Below are positions 28,060-42,700 of a DNA stretch of 64,000 nt, in pieces. The position numbers and the translations under genes were made by a program. The stretch lies in the NCBI GenBank assembly GCA_051362555.1, contig CM120642.1, positions 4,278,001 to 4,342,000 of the forward strand, in the 5' to 3' direction. The notes under the pieces were generated by a model. It saw only the letters and a list, made by a program, of their open reading frames with translations. It was not told where the DNA came from and did no database searches. Source of the DNA: Lingula anatina. Lineage: Eukaryota; Animalia; Brachiopoda. Position 1 is the stretch's first letter, and every line of letters begins with the position of its first letter.

Positions 28060-29090
28060 ACCTGTACACCCGTTGTCACTCTTAAACTTTATCTCCCAAT
28101 GGGGATCCAAATATGACCTTAAATTTGAACTGTGACCTAATTTTTATCATGAAATGCACTTTGCAGACTTTTTGCCTTTAAATCTCCAAAACTATAGGAG
28201 ATATAGGCTCGAAGATACTGATGAAATCATATATTCGGAATCTAGACATGATCCTGATTAGATCTTTGACCTATTTGACACCGTAAAGGGCACTTTTTCT
28301 CCCAATTTTTTGCCTTTATGTCCCCAAATTTATAAAATAAAAACTGATAGTCACTAGTTGACTTAAATGCGGAATCATACACAAGGAATACAAAACACAG
28401 TTGTCTCTACATAGCCGCCTGTCGTCGCCGTCGCCGTGTACTTTCAGGGAAAACACGATAATTGGAAAACTGCATGCTTGACCATTTGTCTTCAAACTTA
28501 AAGAACTGATGAAATTTTCATAAAATGAGTGTGATTAGCAATATTTTCCAAAAGTTATGCTGTTTTCTTTTATCTCCAAAACCGAAGGAATTATTGGAAA
28601 AGTTTCTATAGAAGTCTGACTGCAAGTTATATGTGGAGATTTGACCTTGATTATGACCTTGAATTTGACCTTTAACCTATGAGTTTAGGTCAAATTGACC
28701 AAACCTTTATAAAAAAATTTAATTTTCTGTGGTTTTATTTAATATGGTGAGAAGTTACACTTGGGGTCTCCTTTCATCATCCTGCATTTGGACTCAATCA
28801 TTTTCATGGGAGAAACAGCCAACCGATGCCGAAACTGAAAACCCTCTTTAATTCTGGAACCGAGAGCTATAGACCTATTGTTTGTAGCATTTTGTAGAGC
28901 AAATGCGACACAGGAAGTTGAATCGTTTTTTTTTTTTTTTTTTTTTTTTTAAACATATTAGGTTTGGCGTTATTTTAAAAAGTACAATGTCGTAATGGTC
29001 AACGGCAAAAATATTTCAAAATAAAATGTGAAATATTCCAAAACTAGAAGAGATACTCCCATAGTTCACTATTGAACTTGAATAGTAAGT
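28060..29090. repeat. Old dispersed repeat related to about 62410-63010
   Basis: Shared blocks in the same order: TATGTGGAGATTT, TTTGACCTTT, ATTTTCA(T/C)GGGAGA and GCCGAAACTGAAAAC(C/T)CTCT. Boundaries are uncertain. Confidence 0.5.
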
Positions 29091-30429
29091 CATATATTGA
29101 CATCTTTATGTTATTATTTTTTTATCATTATTATTATTATTATTACACTTGTTTACCAGCTGATTACCTTCACACTGTTGTTTTTTAATCCAATAAGTTC
29201 ACGCTTAATTCTTTCTTCGCGGAAACATGGAAATTTGGTTGCAATTACATGTATATTACTTAGTCTAGTGGGATTTCCACAAAAGATGAATGGTAGGGGC
29301 ATTTTGGGGTAAAAGTTGGGAACCAGGCTTATTGGCATAATTTTGGGATGCTGAATCCGATTTACCCGGTTCCCAAGCGAAATTTTGCGTTTTTAACGGT
29401 CTTATTTGCAAAAAAACAAAATGGCCGCCAGATTTCCTATTTTCTGCAATATTTCTGGAACTAGACAGGCAAATATTACAAATGAAGTGTCTTTACCTAT
29501 ATTTTCAGGGTCGAGAAACATTATTAAGATGTTTCTGTTAGAATTAGATTTACTCAATTTTCCAAAATATGCAAATTAGGATCGCCATTATTGAAAAACC
29601 ATTTTACTTCTGTATCTCTGTAACTAGGCAAGCAAACATGACAAATGAAGTGTCTACACCTATGTTATCAGGGTCAGGGAATGTGATAAATCAGATGTCT
29701 TGTCTTTTGGGTAGCACTGACTTTGTGAATCATGTCCGAGTAGCACCTTTTATTGTTTCTTCCCTGTATCTGTCAAACACAAGTCAATCTGCTGATAGTT
29801 AGAACCTGCCTTCAGAACTGCTTTTGCGTTAACTAGGCAAGCAAACATGACACATTAAGTGCCCACACCCATGTTTTTAGCATTAGGGAAAGTGATTAAG
29901 ACATTTTCACTATAATCAAATCAGCAATGAGTGCTACACTGTCACACTGTAGCAATTATTCGAATCTGAATTGAATTTTGCAATTAAATACTGCGCTGCC
30001 ATTGAGATGTAAACATATTGGATCACACAACTGCCCCTTTTACCTAGATTTAAAAAAGATTACCTTATTAATGCAATGGAGGGATTTGCCGAATCATGTA
30101 AGTCATGTGATACAATGTACAGACCTCACATTTAAAATGGATTTTTTCAAACATATTTTCTTTTTTCCCATATATTAGTAATGGATGAAAAAAACACTTG
30201 TTATCGTGTTCGATATGGATTTAATAAATCAACCCGTGTGAATACATCATCAAAAATTTAATTTAAATACGTATTCATATCAGCGTTATAAACAGCGCAT
30301 GGATGATTTTATAGCTGATAACAACGAGGTATTAAATTCTTATGAACTCGATATTATCAAGAATATCAGTTGGTAAGGATTTTCTCTCACACAAAAGAAT
30401 CATCAAGACAAATGTGAAAAATGGAAACT

Positions 30430-31400
30430 GATAACAACGTGTGCAGCCTCTTCTAGCTGCAACCAGAGCCCTCATTCCATGCAGAGAGGTTTCTGAGAGT
30501 GTGATCCAGTATTGTGTTACACGCATTAGTCAGAGATTGCATAAGCTTGTGCCGATTTGTAGGCTGGACGGGTAAACTCTTGATTCTGCTAGCGATTTAT
30601 GCCCACTGGTTTTCTATAGAATTCATGTCAGGGGAATTTTGTCGGCCAAGGCAACTGGTTTACCTCTTGGTTTTGCAGAAAAGCAGTTATTGCATGGGCA
30701 TGGTGTGGTCGGGCATTGTCATCTTGCAGGATGAAGTTGTCCTGGAAGTACCTTCTTGCAAATTGCAGCAAGTACTCTCTAAAATGTCCCTGTATTTTAT
30801 CTGGTTGAAGTTTCCGTCAATTGCCACCAATATTGTTTTGGCTCCAGAGTGGAAACCGGCCCATACAGAGATACTGCCACGGCCACAAGTCACTGTAGTG
30901 TGACACAATCCTCGTGCAGTAACTCGTCTGGAAACCTACTGACTCTGATTCAGCCATCGCGGTGGTGGAATTCAAACCCTGCCTCATCTGTAAAAATCTA
31001 CATGAACCCAGTGCTGTGCCTGGAACCGCAAATGGCGTCTAGCCCACCATGTTGCTCTGTTCATAGAGTTAACCAGCTAAAAGTAGCCTTGCATTCACTA
31101 GAGTTCTAGAAACATGCTTTTGAATGGTAATTTGCCACTCATTTTGTACAGCAAGAGTTGTCTTTATCCGGTTGTTACGACATAACCGCAGAAGCAAGCG
31201 GTATTCCCTTCTGGTGGTGACTTAAGGACGTCCTGGCCGTGGTCTCTGTGTTAATGCACCAGTCTGGGCGTGTTTCTTTAAGATGTTAGAAACTGCTGCC
31301 TAGGACACATTCAGCTGTCTGGCAATAGCAGTTTGCTTCTGTCCATTCTGACATAATGCAACAATAGTGTGGCAAGTCGCTGCCGTTAGTTCACATACCG
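30430..31400 (-). pseudogene. Frameshifted Tc1-type transposase relic inside the long-TIR element
   Basis: HTH-like TIVALCQNGQKQTAIARQLNVS, GSISVWAGF, QDDNARPHHA, PDMNSIE and C-terminal ALVAARRGCTR, spread across frames. Confidence 0.8.
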
Positions 31401-32029
31401 TAAGGACAGCTAAGAGTCTGAAAAATATCAAACTCTTCTGACTGGACGCTGCCGAAATATAGAGACTTATTCTGCATAACTGCTGCCCTTTTATACGCAT
31501 TCTGTAACCAGCCAAAGAGGACTGCTCAGAGAAACTGCCACATATTACGTAATATAACCGTGCTTCAGAGAAAGCAGCCTAATGAACAATAACCAACACA
31601 TCTGGCTACACATATACCTGATCACAATTGTCGTTTGTGATCAATTTTTTAAAAAGTTAATTTATTATCAACTTTCCTTTTAAACTAAAATATTCCATAT
31701 CAAATGTCAATATGTATGTGTATACTTCAAGTACACTATGACATCTCACCTCATTCATTTCAGCGATTTTTCCATTAGCTTATTACTGGTTACCCATTGG
31801 TATCGTTTCATTTTAATTAACAAAATTTCTTGAATTTTTGCTTTAATCTTCTGATATTCTATTGAATCCAATTAAATGATTGACGATACGAAAAGCATTT
31901 CTGTGTTAATAGCAAGTCTGAGCAGTTTCTCAAGCTTCTAAACGATTTCCTTGAGGCCAAATCTGTAACAGGAAGGTTAACAGAAGACGTATTCTGCCCT
32001 GATGAAATTAAACTAAATGACTCCTCACC

Positions 32030-32283
32030 CAGTGGCGGATTTTGGGGGGGGGGGGGGTCAAGGGGGCCCTGACCCCCCATTCGAATTCTGGTCCCCCCTT
32101 GAAATTATAATTTTGACCAGCTGAATCATAGTTGTAAACCATACCAAATGGCACCGTTCGCCCTCTTAAATACCAAAATTTTTCGTGGCCCTTCAACAGG
32201 CCCCTAACCCATTGCCAAGTGGGGAGGGGGGGAGGCTTTGCATCCGCGGACTCCCCCTTCAAATAATCCTAGATCCGCCTCTG
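32030..32283. mobile_element. MITE nested in the long-TIR element
   Basis: TIRs CAGTGGCGGAT and ATCCGCCTCTG. Flanks CTCACC and CTCATC. Confidence 0.7.
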
Positions 32284-33130
32284 CTCATCTTGCCTTATAA
32301 TTGATGGGCAAGCACTGGCAATTTCACTGGGAAGGTCTGACAATGCAGTGACCTTTGGTAGTTTGGCTGACACGTACGTAAGAGCAGTTCTGAAGGCAGG
32401 TTCTAACTATCAGCAGATTGACTAGTGTTTGACAGATACAGGGAAGAAACAATAAAATGTGCTACTCGGACATGATTCACAAAGTCAGTGCTACCCATCA
32501 GACAAGAAATCTGATTTATCACATTCCCTGACCCTGAGAACATAGGTGTAGACACTTCATTTGTCATGTTTGCTTGCCTAGTTACAGAGATACAGAAGTA
32601 AAACGGTTTTTCAGTAATGGCGATCCTAATTTGCATATTTTGGAAAATTGCGTAAATCTAATTCTAACAGAAACATCTTAATAATGTTCCTCGACCCTGA
32701 AAATATAGGTTAAGACACTTCATTTGTAATATTTGCCTGTCTAGTTCCAGAGATATTGCAGAAAATAGGAAATCTGGCGGCCATTTTGTTTTTTTGCAAA
32801 TTAGACCGTTAAAAACGCAAAATTTCGCTTGGGAACCGGGTAAATCGGATTCAGCATCCCAAAATTATGCTCTTAAGCCTGGTTCCCAACTTTTACCCCA
32901 AAATGCCCCTTGCCTGTTATGCAGAGCCTTTTTTCAAAAATCTCACTAGACTAACTTGTGATATTGCTGTTCTTAAGCACCCTCTAGCGATGATTTACAA
33001 AATTTACAAACAATGTACTGTATGATGTGTTTATCAACCACAATAGGGTGACCTGGCAAGTACATGTACGTGGCATTGCATTCTAGCAGAGGAAATCATA
33101 TATTAAAGTCCAATTGCAATATTCTTTAGG

Positions 33131-36100
33131 ATGCAGACGTCTGCAAGAGGTGAGTTCAAGCACCACCTGAGTAAACGGAGGTGTTAAATTTATACTTGGA
33201 TTTTTTTATGCCTATAGTACATAACAGGGGCGAATCCAGTGATATTTTTGACAGTCTTCCATACTATATTTGTTGACCCATCCTCCATTTTTTGACCGTC
33301 TTCCGACTGACAAAATAGATACCCATTAATGTAAACTTGAAAATCTGACCATCTTCCGGAAGACTCAGAAGACAGTCTAAATCCGCCCCTGCATAGGGCG
33401 CTTTCAGTCGGATCAGTGCAATAGAACCTGGATTTTCACAATTTCTGAACTGCACCCACATCTGTTAAATGTCGCTTTACCTAGGTCACACATTGTTATG
33501 AGTGTTTTTAAAATGGGTGTTTTATATTGCATTGTTGAAGACATTTTGTCTAAGTACAAGTACCGTAGATGACATCTATAGTTGACTGAAACCTGGATGT
33601 ACCTGCAAACACTTAAATGTACATCACCTCGAAGCATTTCGTCTAATGGGAGCTGAGACTGGTGGTGGGGGGAGGGGGGTCCGGGTTCATTGCACGCGTC
33701 GCTGATGCTTAAACCCCCTTTACACTGGACGGCGTACTTTCTGCGTCCATTCTGCGACCATGAAATTTGGCAACGCTCTGGTCTAAATAAGGAGGCACGA
33801 GCATTGATTCTGTAGCAGAATGAATGCTCAATGATCGGCCAGTTGTCGGCATGTAAAGTATTATTTTTTAACTCTCAAATGGGGCCGTACTGCTGGACGC
33901 AGAAAGGACGCCGTCCAGTGTAAAGGGGGCTTAAAGTGAAGCTCATACAAAGTCCTGCGTCTGCTCTATATAATATACCGGCGATATTCTATAGGTACGG
34001 GTTGGCTTGAAAGGAAATACACGTGTGCACACCGGCCCTTTGTGTAACAGGTACATGTATACTGAACAAAAATATAAACGTATGAAAGAATATGTTGATT
34101 TATTTTCATGTATGGAACTAGAGTATTTATCCAACAATAACAGCATATTTTCCTCAACAAATAGACATCACTTTGAGAGCATTACAGGAAGTTTAAAGGT
34201 ACATACGAACCGAGCATCGGTGGAGCGTGGATTCCCAGTAACACATGTAAACCACTTCTACTAGATTCTTATGTGACTCGAATTAATTCGACATGCCAAG
34301 GGATAAACTGAATAGATCACTCGATCAGCCATAAAAGACCTTTAGACTGCTCCTTTCTTTAAATTTTTGGTTGTAAATTTAACCTACCGGTACTTTCGTG
34401 ACCTACTTTCCTGCCCCATTGACATGCAGCTTAGAATGCCAGCAGAAATATCCGTTCAAACATCATTTTCGGGTAAAATTAAACATTGCCTTTTGGTAAT
34501 TCTCTTAGTTATACTACTTGAAACTATATGCTGGCATTTGGTTGGTTTTTGTGACCAAAAATTGACTTTGTATGCATCTTTGAATGCATAGTCCAAGAGT
34601 TAAACATCAACCTCACCATGGGGGTCAACATCCTGAGTTCACAGATACTAATAACGACTATGGCCACCAACTGACCATTTTAGTTTCGTGCGTTTATATT
34701 TTAGTTCAGTGTACATACGGAAACCTTTGCCCTGCCCGGAAAATTCTGTAGGAACAAATTAAAGGAATTAGTCTACATGTTATAATGCGTATTTAAGCAA
34801 AGTAAAGAAAAAATAATAAAAAAGAAGAAATTATTTTGCGAATACTGTCATCATAGCGAGTGTTGTTGTGTCTTTAAAAAACTTAAAGTTATAACGCTTC
34901 ACTTTTTATGATTTATGTTTCCACATGGGGTATTGAGTAAGAAGTTTTGAAGTTCCTTTACTAGTAAAAATTATGTTATTTACGTCGTCATTTATTTCAA
35001 GGTCCTCCTATATACATGTACTGGTACAATGAGGTTCTCTGCTGTACTCATCGTACGCTTGCTCACGACCCTAAATTTGCTCAATTCTAACAGTTGGTGT
35101 GCCGCCAGTCAATTATATCAAATTAGAAGGCTTTGAATTAAGTTTTATTCATTAAACAGAAAATTTAATACATTTTTCAGATAACAAACCTCTTTCTGGA
35201 AAGGTTGCCGTGGTAACAGGAGCCTCTAGTGGCATTGGTGCTGCCATCTCTCGTCAGCTGGCTGCTGCTGGTGCCAAGGTTGCCATGGCAGCAAGGCGGG
35301 AGAACTTGTTAAAAGAAATCCAGGATGAAATTTCAAAGGAAGGGGGCGTAGCTCTAGCAGTGAAATGCGATGTAACGAACAGAGCTGAGGTAAAAAGGGG
35401 GTAACATTGTATATGAACGAGATGCCAGTCGTGTTATATATGAATTGGGGCAGGAATTTTCGCTAATATTCGCGTTTGGTAATATTTATATAATTTTAAG
35501 AAATAAAACAGAGGAAAAGTTTTGTTCGGGATTAACGAGAGTTTGAGGGAAAGGCGGAGGGCTCTATGCGGCATCTTCCGGTAGTGTTCTTCAAAGTGAA
35601 AGCAACGTTGTTCTTTACATGGCAAGACAACGGTGTACGCTTATACCTTGTACCTGAATAGTGGGGGGCCTTAAAATGAAGTTGTCCAAAGTATTCTTAA
35701 AATGGTTAAATTGTTATTGATAATAATAATCTAAAAAAACTAGCATTGAAAGATGACAATACTAAATATCTCTGCGTAGGTGAAGGAGCTTATTCAGCAC
35801 ACAGAGAGCACCCTGGGTCCCGTGGATATCTTGGTGAACAATGCGGGTATCTGGGTGATAAGGTGTATGAAGAACCTTCACGAGGAGGAGTGGGATCAGC
35901 AAGTGGATGTGAACATCAAGGTAGGGCCAAAATGGGTTTTAAAGTACTGGCAGTCAGTAATTATCGACAATCCTCAAGTTTGGACTGGGACTGGTTTTTT
36001 GTACCATTTCAATTAAACATTGTTCTAAGCGAATTATTATATATTTAGAAAACCATGCTTCTTTCTTGCTGAACATGAAGGAAACGCCAACATAGGCTAT

Positions 36101-38033
36101 ATTTATTTGATGGTTATTTTCTAGTGTGAAAGTCTGAACTTGGAAAGGAACACTTGTAGACACGTATTTTTAGGCCATGTAGACAAGAGATGTGGCGTTA
36201 GAGCATTCTCAAATGTGTATAAACACCTTAAATACCTTACAGAATCTTTGCGAATCCTCTTCTACAGGGAGTATTGAACTGTATTGGAGCTGTGATCTCG
36301 GGGATGTGTGAAAGGAAAAGAGGTCATATCGTCAACATGTCGTCACAAAATGGAAAGACGGTAATAGTTAATTGTCAGCTCTCCCTTCTGTATGAAAAAT
36401 GCAAGTGGGACTCTCCGATTCAGTCAGAAAGCCTGTTGACCTATCAGTTTTCAGAGTTGCAAAAATAATCCTTGGTGATTTTCATCATTTTGTCACAAAC
36501 TTGGTTCACTTAGACCTATTTCGTTTAGTTAATCAGTTTGTTCTTACGTCCCTCATTCTGTAAATCAAAACAGCTGCAACTGTTCATTCAATAGCATTTT
36601 AACTTCAAAAAGTGCAAGGAACCTTGTCATCAAATATACTATTCAAACCCCAGTTAATTGTCATTTTTTATATTTATAGCACCACCGTTACCGCACTGAA
36701 ACAAATTCGACTAAACAAATTTTATATACCGGTAGTTACATGTACGTACGCTACACTGAAGGCAATGCACATGTAGATCGAGCTCTAATAGCTGCAACAT
36801 GAAATTTAAAGCGTTTTACATATTTGGATCAGACATGCTGCAAACCTTCACTTCAATTCAATTCTTTTGCAATGCACATTAATCTATTGCATATATTACT
36901 ATTATATTCCAGCCTTTGGTAGGGATAGCCGTATACACAGGGTCGAAGTTCTTCGTAGAGGGGATGTCACGGACGCTTCGTCAGGAAGTTTGCAAAGATG
37001 GCGTACGTGTTACTTGTATCCAGCCTGGCGAAGTTGAAACACCCGGTTTGGCCAGGTATTTAATGACAATGGAAGATGAACAGGTAAAACTTTTAAAGAC
37101 ATACTATGTCCACTAGATTTCTTATTGCCCCCTTTTAAAGTAAAAATCGATAATTGATCTACATGTACATGACATGCTACATCGTCAAATTAAATTAAGG
37201 GTTACAAGTTAATTTGCATTTGTTTTATAACCAGTGATTGTGCTACACTTATATGTATACGTTATGTCAGTGGTTGCATTGTTTATATCGTGTAAAGCAT
37301 AACAGAATTAAGAGAATTGGGGCAGCATACTGTACTGCAGATTAATTACATGTACACAAAACATGTGACAGTTGAAGGCTTCAGAAAACCGAAGAACTAA
37401 AATATCTCGTACCGTGCATATTAAGAGTGTAGGTTTTACAATACACTGTATCTTGCCATTTAATTAAAATGGTCGTTTGGGATTGTGAACGACTTAAACT
37501 GCGATTTCATGGCGCGAAAGTCAAAATACTTGCTGCGAGCACCGCAATATTTATTTCAAACGATTTGGTCAGCTTTAGATCGGGTCTGTCGCTGGTTATG
37601 TACGAAAACTGCACGCCAAGCTTTCAGAAAGTCTAAAATAGTAACAAATAGGATAAAGTAAAAGTAGATTCCATGAAATTTTGGTTTAGTAGTTAATTTA
37701 GAAGCCCGTGGCTCGAGATTACTAACGGCAATTTTTCTTTGTGAGGCCTAAATATCAAAATGGCATTTCGGCTGGCATTTGCTTCCGCGATTGTTTTGAT
37801 TGCAGAATAGATGAAGCAAATTCTCTTTGAGAAGAGCATTATAAAAACCAGTGACCTAGAGCGTGCAAAAAATATTATTATCATTTCAGTGTAAACAGCT
37901 GTACACTTACCCTCGCCCTTACCAAATTCTGGAACCTGAAGTCATCGCACAGGCAGTCCTCTACGCAGTCACGCAGCCGGAGCACGTGGCCATCAACGAG
38001 ATTCTTGTGCAGCCCAGGGAGGCCCCGCTGTAG
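33131..38033 (+). CDS. SDR copy B, classical NADP-type short-chain dehydrogenase (YdfG-like), 258 aa
   Basis: Exons 33131-33149, 35181-35389, 35780-35920, 36268-36360, 36913-37083, 37890-38033 (777 nt). Motifs [24 protein letters not shown] and QPG. Confidence 0.92.
33225..33391. mobile_element. Small MITE in SDR B intron 1
   Basis: TIRs CAGGGGCGAAT and ATCCGCCCCTG. Absent at the paralogous site near 48010. Confidence 0.7.
33712..33931. mobile_element. PIF/Harbinger-like MITE
   Basis: About 37-bp TIRs CCCCCTTTACACTGGACGGCGT... at a TTAA-like site. Absent in the paralogous intron near 60860. Confidence 0.8.
34193..34585 (+). repeat. Dispersed repeat fragment, inverted copy of 1633-2028
   Basis: Starts TTAAAGGTACATACGAACCGAGCATCGG and aligns with the reverse complement of 1633-2028. 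Confidence 0.75.
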
Positions 38034-39737
38034 TTCATACCACTTGTTTAGTGTTTGGTATCTAATTAGAAAGCGGTGTTAGCAACAAGATACATATTTG
38101 GGAATTATTATCGGTCATCATATTCAAGGGACTCGTACCTTGTTTGGAGCAAATGCCAAGACAAGTGGTTTTATAAACTAGATTTCTCTAAGGTACTGGA
38201 CTTCACATTAAATCAGGCAGTATATACAGTATTCTGCTTTCTTTCTGCTATATTAAACCTTTGGACTTTTTCGGCAATTCATTTGAACAGGTATGCTGTT
38301 GCGCGCGCTGCTACAATTTGCATAAAAGCATTAGACTTACCCTTTACCAGGGCCACAGATTGAATTTTCACTAGATATTCACAGATTATGTCGCTGGTTA
38401 AATATCGTCAATCTCCTAACTGGAAATGTGGAAAATGTGCATATAATATCCGCCACCCTGTATAACGGAGGCTCATATTGCAGTTGTATTCTTTTTATTC
38501 TTCCGTAAATACAAGTCATGATCTCCATTAGTTTAACAGTGAAAACGTTGATGTCTATACCCTTTACTGTAATCCTGTAATAATAAACAAATATAGTACT
38601 TAGACTTCGTTCGTTATTATTTTACCTTTCGTTGCGTTACAATCTAAGTATACTCATTAACTTGTTATACAGTTTTTCCAATAAGGGCTTTCGCTTACAC
38701 GCTTTCGCTTACACACTAAGTTATAAGACTTACTTCTAGGTTTGGACATTATTGTTACTTTTGCATTTTAAATTATTAGCCTTTAACTATTGTTATATAA
38801 TAAAAAAGATAGAATAAATTACCTTGACTTAAGAAATATCTGTTAAATGTGAAGCGCTCTTTTGCATGAAACCACATGGTTTCGGACATCTTATAACAAA
38901 AAAATAGTACCGGAAGAACAAAAATGACTGCGTTTTAACAATGTAAAAAATATATATATGTTTAACTGCAAAAATGTAAATAATGAAAACCAAAAGACAA
39001 TAATAATTTAAAGAAACACAATCACAAAGTGTAAAACATAAGTAAAGTAAGCTATCTTCGTGCAGAACTTATTTCCCGCGTAGTAAAATAAACGCAAACA
39101 AAAAATGCATACTTCCGTCGCAATCTTGTGAGAGCATCTATCGCAATCACTAACTAACATTACTGGCTGCAGTTACACACCCCCCCCAAAATCTATCTAA
39201 GATTTTTAACAACATTAAGAGTGCATTAAATTAAATATAATACCAAAAAAAAAAAAAAAAAAAAAAATCATTTCCAATGTAAAACTGGATCCAAAGATCA
39301 AGGAGTAAATGATAAACACAAAATAAACACTATTTGCTATCAATACATTAACCGCTGCATGTAAAGGTTATATGTTCTACCTTAATTTCCTTTATAACTT
39401 GTTGCTTAAGGTAAATCCACATGTCACCTTAATATAGTACACTAACATACTTTCTTACACCCATAACTCACCGTTCACGCCCTAGACCTATTGTGAAACT
39501 AGCTTTGTCTATTTTCCAAGTCACCGTGAAGACTGAGAACTAAAAATGAAATGACATTTTTTAAAGGATTCATGATCCAAGTTACCAACTCAAACAGTGG
39601 GAATGAATCCAAAAAATTTATATCCTACCTTAAACAATAAAACTCACAACATCAACATTCAAACTTAACTACAAGTTTTAAACAGTTAGTCATTGAGCAA
39701 CTCACTCACTTACAGTCCTAATTACATTCAGAGAGTA

Positions 39738-42700
39738 CTAACAACTTTCAATCAGAAGCACTAACTTCTGAATTGGTCTTTCTAAAATAACTGGCTTGGT
39801 TTCGCGTTTTCCCTGAGAATTTAAGTCATCAGTTCCTACACAAATCTTGGCCTTGCGCACTAATTTATCCTTGCTGGGAATACATTCAACCACTCTGCCT
39901 AGTGGCCAACTGTTTCGCGATACATTAGGTTCCACAACAAGAACAATATCTCCCACTGTGATGTTTCTCTTACATCTTGTCCAGCACTGTCTCTTGTTAA
40001 GATTCTGAAGATACTCTTTCCTCCATCTGCTCCAGAACTGTTGTGTGAGAAACTGAACTCTTCTCCATCTTTTCCTGAGATACATGTCCTGAGAAACAAA
40101 ATTTCCTGGGGGTGGTAGTGGCACACTGGATTTCATTGTAAGAATGTGATTAGGTGTCAGGGGCTCTGCACACTCAGGATCATTGATATTGGCTATTGAT
40201 AGAGGACGGCTGTTTACGATTGCCATTGCTTCATAAAACAGTGTGCGTAAAGATGAATCATCCAATCTACCTGGGCAGAGATTTATCACTCCTGCTAATA
40301 CATTCCTTATAGTACGAATCTGTCGCTCCCATACTCCACCAACATGACTAGAATGAGGTGCATTCATAAGAAAATCACAATCTTGATTGGCTAGGTAACA
40401 AGCTACCTTCTGAGCATCCATTTCCTTTAATGCAGCTGTGAATTCATTCCTTGCACCTACAAAATTGCTCCCTTGATCTGATCTGATCTGGCGAACTTTT
40501 CCTCTAATAGAAATGAAACATCTAAGAGCATTTATAAACGCATCTGATGACATGTCGTCCAGCATTTCAACATGCACTGCTCTAGAACATAAACAGGTAA
40601 ATAACAGACCATAGCGTTTGAACTCCTTCCTATTCTGTTTCACAATGAAAGGACCAAAGCAATCCATGGCACTATATTCAAATGGACATGATGCTTCCAC
40701 ACGATCAGAAGGCAAATCTGCCATTTTCTGCTCTTCCACTGGTTTTCTCATTTTCCTGCATGTAACACATCTGTGAATAATTTCAGATGTCAACTTCCCT
40801 CCAGCAAGGATCCAAAATCCATTGGCTCTGACTTCATTTAGAGTCATACCACGGCCCATATGACCAATGCGTTTATGAAAATGAGATACAATCAATTTTG
40901 AAACATAGCTATCCTTGGGTAATATTACTGGATGCTGAACAGAAAAGGCAAAACTTGATTGTCCTAGCCTTCCTCCCACACGAATTACTCCTTTATTGTC
41001 TTTAAAGGGGTTCAATGTTGAACTAGGAGGTTTTCCCTCGAACTTCTGTTCTTGAGCTAATTTTATCAAGAATGTGGTCGTTTCTTGCCTTTCCTCTTCT
41101 GAAGTGAGACTTGCATTTTTGATACCTCTTGCTCTTCTTTTGAGCCTTGCAATTGCTCTGACTGCTCTAGACCAATCTGAAAATTTCTCGAGTCTTTCTA
41201 TCATGGATTTCTTTTCTACTGTCTGTGTACTCCTTACAGAAGACATTTTGATCTCTGGGTCCATTTCTGGTAACTGTACATCATTGTGGGGCATGTCAGC
41301 CATCTCTAAATCAGGATTCCAAAGAAATCTTGGTCCTGTAAACCAGGTGGAGTCTCTCAACTTCTCCACTGACAAACCTCTTGATGCGTGATCTGCAGGG
41401 TTGTCTTCACTTCTTACATAGTGCCATTGCTGTGGGGAAGTTGCTTCTTTGATCAGCTGTACTCTGTTGGCTACATATATTTTAAATCTGTGTGTGTCAT
41501 TGTTTATGTAACCTAGCACAATCCTTGAATCTGTCCAAAAATAATGACGGTACTTCTCTGTCATCTCAGATTCAAGAACTTTGCTCATTTTGAGAGAGAC
41601 TACTGCAGCGTTGAGCTCCAATCTTGGTAGGGTGATAACCTTCAATGGAGTTACTCTGGCCTTTGACATGACAAGAGAACAATGTACTTCATTTTTCTCG
41701 TTCACAAGTCGTATATAAGAACATTGTCCATATCCAGATAAACTCGCATCAGAGAAATGATGAAGTTCTCTTCGCGTTACTGTTCCAAAGTTCTTTGGTA
41801 TAAAACACCGCGCCACCTTGATAGTTTGAATATCCTTCAATTCTTCAGACCATTTTTCCCACTGTGGCATAAGATCATTGGAAAGTTCTTCATCCCATGC
41901 AGAATTCTCTTTACACATTTGTTGCAATATCTGCTTCCCAATAAGAATAAATGGGGATAGAAAGCCTTGAGGATCATACACGGATGCCACTGCAGATAGC
42001 ACTCCCCTGCGTGTTTTTGTCTTGACTTCACTGGTAAAAGCTCTGTACTGAAAAACATCATCTTCTACATTCCACTGTAATCCCAATGCAGTGGAAACTG
42101 GCAATCTGTCTTTATTCAAATCCACACCATTCACCTCTGTAGCACGCTCAGACTCTGGGACCGTTTCTAATACCTCCCTGCTATTGGACAAGAACTTGTG
42201 CAATCGTATGCCTCCACTGGCACACAATTTCCTTGCCTGATCGATAATCTGAATGGCGGTATCTGCGTCATCAGAGCTGGTCAAACCATCATCAACATAG
42301 AAGTGATGCTTAATAAATTCTGCTGCCAATGGGTATTCATTCTCATAACTTTTAGCAAGATATTTCAAACCAAAATTGGCACAACCAGGCGATGAAGTAG
42401 CCCCAAAAAGATGTACTTTCATCCTGAATACTGTTGGCTCCTTGGTAATGTCACCATTTTTCCACCACAGAAATCGCAGGTAATTTCTGTCGTTATCTTG
42501 CACTAGGAATTGATGAAACATTTTTTCAATATCACATGCTACTGCCACTGGGTGTTCTCTAAATCTAATCAAAACTCCTAGAAGGCTACTTGTTAAGTCG
42601 GGACCACTTAGCAAATGCTGATTAAGTGAGGTTTGTTTGTAAGTTGCAGAACAATCAAATACCACACGAAGTTTTCCTTTCTGTGGATGATAAACTCCAT

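Larger units (their letters stand above)
29261..32953. mobile_element. Non-autonomous DNA transposon with about 560-bp TIRs (Academ-like termini)
   Basis: Termini TAGTCTAGTG and CACTAGACTA. TIRs at 29261-29822 and 32383-32953. 3-bp ACT TSD confirmed by the empty site TATTACTTGTGATTG at about 60294-60308. Superfamily is inferred from TAG ends, TSD length and long TIRs. Confidence 0.85.

Noticed and set aside
29569-29802. Near-identical 77-aa ORFs at 29569(+) and 32403(-)
   Set aside because: They are mirror images within the TIRs and show no recognisable protein motif.
35181-38033. Recent bacterial transfer or contamination as the source of the SDRs
   Set aside because: The genes have five conserved spliceosomal introns and sit among animal genes and transposons.
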